From Burkholderiales bacterium (GTDB lineage Bacteria; Pseudomonadota; Gammaproteobacteria; Burkholderiales; JAEUOS01): DNA of 64,000 nt. The stretch spans positions 1,078,587 through 1,142,586 of the forward strand of contig OZ257137.1 of the NCBI GenBank assembly GCA_965279115.1. Reading direction: 5' to 3'. Each line of letters begins with the position of its first letter. The first letter of the stretch is position 1. Of the stretch, positions 46,563 to 54,048 are shown piece by piece. The notes beneath the pieces were generated by a model. That model had not been told where the DNA came from. It made no database searches and saw only the letters and a program-made list of their open reading frames with translations. The position numbers and the translations under genes are program-made.

Positions 46563-47258
46563 TCAGCCACGCGCCGCGCGGGCGGGCTCCGCGCGCGCAA
46601 AGCCCTGATACAGGTCGAGCATGCGCTCGAACCAGGCGCCAACCGCGTCATCGGCTTCCAGAACAGGTTCGGGATATACGATGCGCGCCCATTGCAAGGG
46701 GCTCATCATGATGTGGTCGGCATAACCGGGGGTCGCACCGCAGACAAACGGCTGCGCGCGCAAGCTTGCACGCAAGGGGTCGAGCGCGCGGCGAAACCCC
46801 TTGGTCGAACCCTCGCGGCCGGCATGCAGTTCCTCAAGCGTTTTGCCGAAGCCCTTTTCAAACCCCGCGCGGACGTGGGCAGCGTCGCCGGCGTCAAGGA
46901 GTTGCGTGACCGAGAGCGCACACACCGGCGCCAGCGCCGCCATCAACTGGCGGTCGGCCACCGCATTGACGAAACGGCCCAATGCCAGTCCGGCAGGTCC
47001 GCCAAACAGGCTTGGCGTGGTCGGATAGGTGGTTTCAAGATACTCGGCGATCTTCCACGAATCGCTGACCACCGTTTCGCCGTCGCGGATGATCGGCACC
47101 TTGCCCTGGCCGGAAAAGGAGATCGCCGCCTTGTCGGAAATGCGCACCGGCTGCGTCTCGAACGCGAGCCCCTTGTGCTTAAGGGCCATGCGCGTGCGCC
47201 AGGAAAACGAACTGTAGCGCGCGCCACTGTCGGCCCCGAGCTCATACAGAACGATCAT
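46563..47258 (-). CDS. Glutathione S-transferase, zeta-like signature (possible maleylpyruvate/maleylacetoacetate-type isomerase)
   Basis: N-terminal thioredoxin-like domain with SSFSWRTRMAL, which resembles the zeta-class SSCxWRVRIAL motif. GKVP...SDS glutathione-site pattern. Confidence 0.7.
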   Translation of the reverse strand: MIVLYELGADSGARYSSFSWRTRMALKHKGLAFETQPVRISDKAAISFSGQGKVPIIRDGETVVSDSWKIAEYLETTYPTTPSLFGGPAGLALGRFVNAVADRQLMAALAPVCALSVTQLLDAGDAAHVRAGFEKGFGKTLEELHAGREGSTKGFRRALDPLRASLRAQPFVCGATPGYADHIMMSPLQWARIVYPEPVLEADDAVGAWFERMLDLYQGFARAEPARAARG

Positions 47259-47355
47259 GGCCTTATCTCCGGGTTGTCTGATAAATACTTTAGGTCTAAA
47301 CTATTCAGATGTCAATCATAATGCGCAAACCCGCTGCGAGAAGGACGAGACCATC

Positions 47356-47769
47356 ATGAAAATCCTGCAACCACCCGGTTGGGCCACACCACGCGGTTAC
47401 GCCAACGGCATAGCCGCGCGCGGCACGCTCGTCATGATCGGCGGCCAGGTCGGCTGGGACCCGGTCAAGAGCGGTGCCGGCGGCAAGGGCGTATGGCCGG
47501 CGCTGGACTTCGCCGGACAAACCCGCCAGGCATTGCAGAACATCGTCGCCATCCTGGCCGAGGCCGGCGGCAAGCCGGAGCATCTGGTGCGCCTGACCTG
47601 GTATGTGCTCGACCGTGACGAATACGTGGCCGCATGGCCCGCCGTGGGCGCGGCCTACAAGGAAATCATCGGGCGGCACTTCCCTGCAATGTCGGCCTTT
47701 GGCGTCACTTCGCTGGTGGAGCCGGAAGCAAGACTGGAAATCGAAGCTACCGCAGTAGTTCCCGATTGA
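47356..47769 (+). CDS. RidA/YjgF family enamine-imine deaminase-like protein
   Basis: 137 aa. PRGYANG...GQVG...Q.RQAL.N...L...G...V.L..YV...PA....V..L....RLEIEA pattern. Confidence 0.85.
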   Translation: MKILQPPGWATPRGYANGIAARGTLVMIGGQVGWDPVKSGAGGKGVWPALDFAGQTRQALQNIVAILAEAGGKPEHLVRLTWYVLDRDEYVAAWPAVGAAYKEIIGRHFPAMSAFGVTSLVEPEARLEIEATAVVPD

Positions 47770-47786
47770 ACCTGATACATCAAACC

Positions 47787-48773
47787 ATGCACATTCCCCA
47801 CAGCCTTCGCGCCCTGCTCCTGGCAGGCGTCACCGCCCTTGCCAGCGTGGCGCAACCGGCATTCGCGCAGGGCTATCCCGCCAAGCCAGTCCGCATCGTC
47901 GTGCCCTACCCGGCCGGCGGCGGCATCGACATCATGTCGCGGCAGATCGCGCAGCGGCTTGCGCAGAAGTTCAACCAATCGGTGGTGGTTGAGAACAAGC
48001 CGGGCGCCGGCACCCTCGTCGCGGCCGAAACGGTCGCACGCGCGGCACCGGATGGATACACCCTGCTGGTGACCACCGATGCCACCATGACCATCAACCC
48101 GCATCTGTACGGCAAGCTGCCCTACGACCCGGTCAAGGACTTCGTGCCGGTCACGCAATTGGTGCTCCTGAACCAGTTGCTGGTGGCCAACGCCAACCTG
48201 CCGGCAAGCAACCTCAAGGAATTGCTGGCCTATGCCAAGGCCAATCCGGGCAAACTGAACTACGCTTCATACGGTGTGGGCAGCCAGCCGCACCTGGCCA
48301 TGGAAATCCTCAAGTCCCAGGCCGGGGTGGACATCGTCCACGTACCGTACAAGGGCATCCCGCAGGCCGTGCCTGCGGCGATCGCGGGCGAGGTCCAGCT
48401 CACCTTTTCGGGCGCGGCTTCAACCCAGGCACACATCAAGGCAGGCAAGCTGAAGGCCATCGCCATCGGCGGGACGAGGCGCCTTTCGATCATGCCGGAT
48501 GTCCCGACCTTCGCCGAATCCGGCTTTCCCGACGTGCCGGCCAACGCATGGTTCGGCCTGTTCACCCCCACCGGCACCCCGCGCGAGATCGTCATGACGC
48601 TGCACGGCGAAGTCACGCGCATGCTCAAGGAGCCGGATTACCTGCAGAAGGAAATCGTGGCCAAGGGTTACGAGCTGGTTGCCGGCACGCCCGAGGATTT
48701 CGCCAGCTTCCTCACGGCCGACAGCACACGCAACGCCCGCGCCGTGAAAATCTCCGGTGCCCGCGCCGACTAG
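47787..48773 (+). CDS. Tripartite tricarboxylate transporter substrate-binding protein (Bug/TctC family)
   Basis: Signal peptide followed by the hallmark YPAKPVRIVVPYPAGGGIDIMSR. Confidence 0.9.
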   Translation: MHIPHSLRALLLAGVTALASVAQPAFAQGYPAKPVRIVVPYPAGGGIDIMSRQIAQRLAQKFNQSVVVENKPGAGTLVAAETVARAAPDGYTLLVTTDATMTINPHLYGKLPYDPVKDFVPVTQLVLLNQLLVANANLPASNLKELLAYAKANPGKLNYASYGVGSQPHLAMEILKSQAGVDIVHVPYKGIPQAVPAAIAGEVQLTFSGAASTQAHIKAGKLKAIAIGGTRRLSIMPDVPTFAESGFPDVPANAWFGLFTPTGTPREIVMTLHGEVTRMLKEPDYLQKEIVAKGYELVAGTPEDFASFLTADSTRNARAVKISGARAD

Positions 48774-48795
48774 CTTGCAACACTGAAAAGTATGC

Positions 48796-50613
48796 ATGCC
48801 GGATAAAGCGACCGACAGACGCCCCTTTGCCGCACTCTGGTTCGCGGTTCTGGCCATGGCCGTCGGCATTCCTTGGGCGCTGAATGCCTTCGAACTGGTC
48901 GAGGCCAAGCTCCTTGACCTCGAGTTTCAGACAATCCGCAAGATCGGCCCCCGTGAGATCGCCCGCGACGTAGTAGTGGTCGGCATCGACGTAGAGGACC
49001 TGCGCCGTTTCAACGACCCGAAGGATTTCTGGCACCCCCACTACGGCCGCTTCCTCTCGGCGGTCGCGGATGCCAAGCCCGCCGTGGTGGGAATGGATAT
49101 CGTCTTTCCGGAGCGTTCCTACCAGCGACTGGTGCCTGGAATAGACCAGAGCTTGATGAAGGGGCTGCTTGCATTGCGCGCATCTGCGCCCCTGGTGATC
49201 GCCCGCACAGTTGACGATTTCAACGCCTTTCGGCAGATTTTCCCGCCCTACCTCGCCGTTGCCGGCGCAGACGCTGTCGGCAGCGCACTGGTGTGCCGGG
49301 ACGGGGACGAGGTGATTCGCCGCTTCGACGAATACCTGTGTGACAGCGCGCGCCGCGACCCAATTCCGAGCCTGGCCGGGCTGATGGCGGGCCATCTGGG
49401 CGTCAGGGAATCATGGCGGGGCATCATCGACTACGGCATGGGTCCGCCGATCAGCTATATCCCGTTTCGCGACGTTATCTACTGGTCCGACCGTGGCGAT
49501 CCACGACTGCAGACGGCGCTCGCCGGTAAGCCCGTGCTGCTCGGCTTTATCCTGCCCTTCGAGGACCGGAAAACCGTTCCGGTCGACCTGGCTGCCCTCG
49601 AACCGGGCAATCATTTGGTGCCCGGCGTTCTGGTGCACGCACAGATCCTGCGCAACATGCTCAACGGCGGCCTGGTACGGCAGCCACCGGCGCTGCTCAT
49701 TGCACTGCTCATCCTGGCAGGCGCCGGTTTCTGGCTGCTTCCATCCGCCCCCGGATCGCGCCTAGCCTTGCTCGGATTCCTGATCGCATTGCCGGCTGGC
49801 GCCCTACTGGCGCTCAAGTCCCAGCACACCTTCGTTCCGGTCCTCGCACCCATGCTGGCCGCCTTGCTGGGCGCAGGCGCGCGCTATGTCCATGCAGCCA
49901 CCGCGCAGGCACGGGAGCGCGCCTTGTTGCGAAGTTCTTTCGGAGGCTATGTCAGCCCGCAGGTGATGAGTGCGATTCTTGCTGGCTCGGTCCATCCCGG
50001 GCTCGAAGGCGAGCGTCGCAATGTGGCCGTGCTGTTTTCCGACATCCGCGACTTCACACGCCGCAGTGAGGGCATGACACCGGAAAGCCTGATCGACATG
50101 CTGAACCAGTACTTCACCGAGATGACCGACGTCGTGCATGCGAACGACGGCACGGTGGACAAGTTCATCGGCGACGGCATGATGGCCTTTTTCGGCGCAC
50201 CACAGCAACTCGACAATCCTTCGCAGAATGCCGTTGACGCCGCGCTGCAGATGCTTGAACGGCTGGAAACACTTAACCGGAAGCTCGTCGAGCAAGGCTT
50301 CGAGCCGCTGCGGATCGGCATCGGCATCCATGTGGGCGAGGTCATCATCGGGCACGTCGGTTCGGCAAGCCGACACGAGTACACCGCCATTGGCGACGCC
50401 GTCAACACCGCATCGCGTGTGGAAGGCCTGACCAAGGATGCGGGATGCCCGCTCCTGGTCACCCGGCCGGTTTTCGCTGCGCTTGCCAGGCGCACGGGAT
50501 TTGCCGACCTTGGCAGCAAGGAAATTCGCGGGCGCTCGGCGATACAGATATACGGCCATTCTGGCAATATCACTGCCAATTCCGCGGTCGGCGCAGCACC
50601 GCCAGGGAGATAA
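48796..50613 (+). CDS. CHASE2 extracytoplasmic sensor fused to a class III adenylate/guanylate cyclase
   Basis: One TM, a roughly 280-aa periplasmic region with CHASE2-like motifs (VVVGIDVEDL, FWHPHYGRF, VVGMDIVFPE), three TM segments, then a cyclase domain (VAVLFSDIRDFT, KFIGDGMMAFFG, IGIHVGEVIIGHVG, YTAIGDAVNTASR). The Lys...Thr specificity pair suggests ATP. Confidence 0.88.
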   Translation: MPDKATDRRPFAALWFAVLAMAVGIPWALNAFELVEAKLLDLEFQTIRKIGPREIARDVVVVGIDVEDLRRFNDPKDFWHPHYGRFLSAVADAKPAVVGMDIVFPERSYQRLVPGIDQSLMKGLLALRASAPLVIARTVDDFNAFRQIFPPYLAVAGADAVGSALVCRDGDEVIRRFDEYLCDSARRDPIPSLAGLMAGHLGVRESWRGIIDYGMGPPISYIPFRDVIYWSDRGDPRLQTALAGKPVLLGFILPFEDRKTVPVDLAALEPGNHLVPGVLVHAQILRNMLNGGLVRQPPALLIALLILAGAGFWLLPSAPGSRLALLGFLIALPAGALLALKSQHTFVPVLAPMLAALLGAGARYVHAATAQARERALLRSSFGGYVSPQVMSAILAGSVHPGLEGERRNVAVLFSDIRDFTRRSEGMTPESLIDMLNQYFTEMTDVVHANDGTVDKFIGDGMMAFFGAPQQLDNPSQNAVDAALQMLERLETLNRKLVEQGFEPLRIGIGIHVGEVIIGHVGSASRHEYTAIGDAVNTASRVEGLTKDAGCPLLVTRPVFAALARRTGFADLGSKEIRGRSAIQIYGHSGNITANSAVGAAPPGR

Positions 50614-50618
50614 TCCGC

Positions 50619-52238
50619 ATGATGGACAAGCGTATTTCGAAGGCCCCCGGCCGGCAGTTGCCGCAGCGCCGCCAATTCCTGAAGGTCGGCTTAGGCTGCG
50701 CCAGCATATTCGCCTCTGGACCGTTGGCACAGGTTTGGGCACAAACCCCGCAAGGAGAGCAACTCCTCAAGTTGCCCAAGGTGGCGCTGGTGATCGGCAA
50801 CAGCCGCTACCCGCAGTCGCCGCTGAAAAATCCGGTCAACGACGCACGCGCCTTTGGCGAGGCGCTGCTCAAGCTGGGCTTTGATGTCAGCGTGAAGCTC
50901 GACGCCGACCGTGCTGCCATGAATGCAGCCATCGCCGCATACGTGGACAAGCTTACCAAGCAAAAGTGCGTTGGCCTCTTCTACTACGCCGGCCATGGCA
51001 TGCAACTGGCCTGGAAGAACTACCTGTTGCCGGTGGACGCCAGCGTCGCAGCCGTAAAGGACGTGCAGTCACAGGGCGTCGAACTCAACGCCTTGATTGC
51101 CGGCCTGACACGCGCATCCAACCCGCTCAACCTGATTATCCTCGACGCCTGCCGCGACAACCCCTTTGGGAGTGTTGCGCAACTGGAGCAAAAGGGCTTG
51201 AGCCAGATGGATGCCCCGCTCGGCACTCTGCTGGCCTACGCCACCTCGCCAGGGAATACCGCGAGCGACGGCGAGGGCGCCAACGGGCTTTACACCGAGA
51301 ACCTGCTAAAGGAAATCCAGGTCAAGGAAGCCAAGGTAGAGGACGTATTCAAGCGCGTGCGACTGAGCGTCCGGCGCGCTTCCAGGGGGTTGCAAATCCC
51401 CTGGGAAAGCACTTCGCTGGAAGATGACTTCTACTTCCTGCCGCCCGGCATACTTGCCAAGCCGGGTGATGACGAACGCGCCCGGCAGTTCGCCGAGGAA
51501 CTCAAGTTGTGGGATTCGATCCAGGAGGCGGCTTCGCCAGCCCCGTTCGAGTCCTACCTCAGGAGGTTCCCCAGCGGCCAATTTTCCGAACTCGCGCAAC
51601 TACAACTCGAACGCCTGCTGGCCAAGGAAGGGGAAAAACCGATCCTGATCGCGCCGGCGATCGGCAACCCCTACACCGCTGGTACTTCGCGCGCGGACAC
51701 CCGGTTTCTGATCGGCGACACCTGGACCTGGCGAGTATTCGACCGCCATACCGGCGCCGAGAAGGGCACGCGAACGCATACAGTCACCGAAATTACCGAC
51801 AACGAGGTGCGCTTCAACAAGGGGAGGATCATCTCCGACCTGCTCGGCAACATCAAGCAATCCGGTGACGGCCGCCGCTACACCGGCAATCAGTTCCAGC
51901 CGCTCGAATTCGCCGTGGGAAAACAATGGACCACGCGCTTCCAGGTGGTCAACCCGGCAGGCAACAACGTCGAATCCGAATACACCTTCCGCATCACGAC
52001 AAAAGAAAAGGTCAACGTTCCTGCCGGCACCTTCGATTGCTTCCGCATCGAAGGCAAGGGAATCAGCCGCGCCCGATTCGGTTCCGGCAGCACAACGCTG
52101 ATGAACAACTTCTGGATGGCACCGGATGCTTGCCGGCGCGTCATAAAGCAGGAAATCAACCGCACGTTCTACGGGCCACGCGGCCTGAACCAGCTTGAAG
52201 ACGACCGGACTGAATTGGTGTCGTTCAAGCAAGGCTAG
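50619..52238 (+). CDS. Tat-signal caspase-fold (peptidase C14) protein, paralog 1, with a C-terminal beta-rich domain of unknown function
   Basis: The start lies 5 nt after the cyclase stop, with a GGGAGA SD. QRRQFLKVG twin-arginine motif and VWA-Q cleavage site. Catalytic His in YYAGHG and Cys in ILDACRDNPF. Confidence 0.85.
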   Translation: MMDKRISKAPGRQLPQRRQFLKVGLGCASIFASGPLAQVWAQTPQGEQLLKLPKVALVIGNSRYPQSPLKNPVNDARAFGEALLKLGFDVSVKLDADRAAMNAAIAAYVDKLTKQKCVGLFYYAGHGMQLAWKNYLLPVDASVAAVKDVQSQGVELNALIAGLTRASNPLNLIILDACRDNPFGSVAQLEQKGLSQMDAPLGTLLAYATSPGNTASDGEGANGLYTENLLKEIQVKEAKVEDVFKRVRLSVRRASRGLQIPWESTSLEDDFYFLPPGILAKPGDDERARQFAEELKLWDSIQEAASPAPFESYLRRFPSGQFSELAQLQLERLLAKEGEKPILIAPAIGNPYTAGTSRADTRFLIGDTWTWRVFDRHTGAEKGTRTHTVTEITDNEVRFNKGRIISDLLGNIKQSGDGRRYTGNQFQPLEFAVGKQWTTRFQVVNPAGNNVESEYTFRITTKEKVNVPAGTFDCFRIEGKGISRARFGSGSTTLMNNFWMAPDACRRVIKQEINRTFYGPRGLNQLEDDRTELVSFKQG

Positions 52239-52303
52239 CAGCAGGCGTTCGGCAATGGCAATGAAGCATTCGCAAGCATGGCCAAGCGGCTGTCACATTG
52301 CGC

Positions 52304-52378
52304 CCGGCGATACAGGTATGCAACCATTCTGGCAGGGACACCACGAATTCCATGGCTGCCGCTACACCGCAAGGGTGA
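52304..52378 (+). pseudogene. Relic of the cyclase C-terminal tail carried along by the duplication
   Basis: Translates PAIQVCNHSGRDTTNSMAAATPQG*. This aligns with the cyclase C-terminus SAIQIYGHSGNITANSAVGAAPPGR*. No upstream cyclase domain is present. Confidence 0.55.
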
Positions 52379-52389
52379 TAATCTGAACC

Positions 52390-54009
52390 ATGGGCAAACG
52401 CTATTCGAAGGCACCGGACCGGCAGTTTCAACAGCGCCGGCAAATCATCAAGGTCGGCCTGGCCGGCGCGAGCGTATTTGCCTCCGGACCGTTGGCCCAT
52501 GTATGGGCGCAAACACCGCAAGGCGAACAGCTCCTCAAGCTGCCCAAGGTGGCGCTGGTGATCGGCAACAGCCGCTACCCGCAGTCGCCCCTGAGAAATC
52601 CGGTCAACGACGCGCGCGCGTTTGGCGAGTCATTGCTGAAGCTGGGCTTTGATGTCAACGTGAAGCTTGATGCCGACCGCGCCGCCATGAATGCCGCTAT
52701 CGCAGCCTATGTGGACAGGCTTGCCAGGCAAAAGTGCGTGGGGCTGTTCTACTACGCCGGGCACGGCATGCAGCTGGCCTGGAAGAACTACCTGTTGCCG
52801 GTGGATGCCAGCGTCGCCGCGGTAAAGGACGTGCAGACACAGGGCGTCGAACTAAACGCCCTGATCGCCGGCTTGACCCGCGCGTCCAACCCGCTCAACC
52901 TGGTCATACTCGACGCGTGCCGCGACAACCCCTTTGGCAGCGTTGCGCAGCTGGAGCAAAAGGGCTTGAGCCAGATGGATGCTCCGCTCGGCACCCTGCT
53001 TGCCTACGCCACCTCCCCTGGCAACACTGCCAGCGACGGGGAAGGCGCCAACGGGCTTTACACCGAGAACCTGCTAAAGGAAATCCAGGTCAAGGAAGCC
53101 AAGGTAGAGGACGTATTCAAGCGCGTGCGACTGAGCGTCCGGCGCGCTTCCAGGGGGTTGCAAATCCCCTGGGAAAGCACTTCGCTTGAAGATGACTTTT
53201 ACTTCCTGCCGCCAGGCATGATTGCCAAACCTGGCGATGACGAAAAGGCACGTCTGTTTGCCGAGGAACTCAAGATCTGGGAATCGATACAGGAGGCCGC
53301 GTCGTCTGCGCCCTTCGAGTCCTACCTCAGAAAGTTTCCCAGTGGCCAGTTCGCCGAGCTTGCGCAATTGCAACTTGAGCGCCTCTTGGCCAAGGAAGGA
53401 GAAAAGCCGATCCAGATCGCCCCCGCCAACGGCAACCCCTACACTGCGGGCAGCGCACGCGCGGATACAAGTTACGTGATTGGTGATTCCTGGACTTGGC
53501 GCGTATTCGATCGGGAAAGCGGTGCCGACAAGGGCCGCCGATCCAGAACCGTCACCGAAATCACCGAGCATGAGGTGCGCTACAACAAGGGACTCCCGGT
53601 CACGGATCTGCTTGGAAATCTGAAACGGACCGCCGACGGCCGGCGCTTCACGGGCGGGCAGTTCCTGCCGCTCGAATTCATGGTCGGCAAACAGTGGACG
53701 ACGCAATTCAGGTCATTCAACAGCAGCATGAACGTGGAATTCAATTCCGAGTACACCTTCCGCATCGTTGCCAGGGAAAAACTCACCGTCACGGCCGGCA
53801 CTTTTGATTGCTTTCGTGTCGAGGGAAAAGGGATAAGTCGCCCGATTCACGGATCGGGAAGCACCACGCTGCTATACAACTATTGGATGGATCCCGCGGT
53901 CTGCAGGGGCGTGATCAAGCAGGAAATAAACCGCACCTTCTTTGGTCGATTCGGCATGAATGTCATCGAAAATGATCGATACGAACTAATTTCCTACAGG
54001 CAAGGTTGA
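52390..54009 (+). CDS. Tat-signal caspase-fold (peptidase C14) protein, paralog 2
   Basis: QRRQIIKVG twin-arginine motif. The YYAGHG / ILDACRDNPF dyad context is the same as in paralog 1. The C-terminal domain is divergent. Confidence 0.85.
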   Translation: MGKRYSKAPDRQFQQRRQIIKVGLAGASVFASGPLAHVWAQTPQGEQLLKLPKVALVIGNSRYPQSPLRNPVNDARAFGESLLKLGFDVNVKLDADRAAMNAAIAAYVDRLARQKCVGLFYYAGHGMQLAWKNYLLPVDASVAAVKDVQTQGVELNALIAGLTRASNPLNLVILDACRDNPFGSVAQLEQKGLSQMDAPLGTLLAYATSPGNTASDGEGANGLYTENLLKEIQVKEAKVEDVFKRVRLSVRRASRGLQIPWESTSLEDDFYFLPPGMIAKPGDDEKARLFAEELKIWESIQEAASSAPFESYLRKFPSGQFAELAQLQLERLLAKEGEKPIQIAPANGNPYTAGSARADTSYVIGDSWTWRVFDRESGADKGRRSRTVTEITEHEVRYNKGLPVTDLLGNLKRTADGRRFTGGQFLPLEFMVGKQWTTQFRSFNSSMNVEFNSEYTFRIVAREKLTVTAGTFDCFRVEGKGISRPIHGSGSTTLLYNYWMDPAVCRGVIKQEINRTFFGRFGMNVIENDRYELISYRQG

Positions 54010-54048
54010 CCGGGCGGCGTTCCGGCAACCGGTACAGGAGTTCAAAAA

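Larger units (their letters stand above)
50538..54032. repeat. Tandem segmental duplication (period 1768-1771 bp) spanning the cyclase 3' tail and the caspase gene
   Basis: Copy A is about 50538-52258 and copy B about 52306-54032. A 143-nt run has zero differences (51276-51418 vs 53044-53186). Similarity extends about 85 nt upstream of each start and about 20 nt past each stop. Confidence 0.85.

Noticed and set aside
52195-52652. Track ORFs 52195-52386 and 52278-52652 in and around the inter-paralog spacer.
   Set aside because: They are out-of-frame shadows of duplicated sequence; equivalent shadow ORFs exist at 50438-50884 in copy A. They have no motifs or SD.
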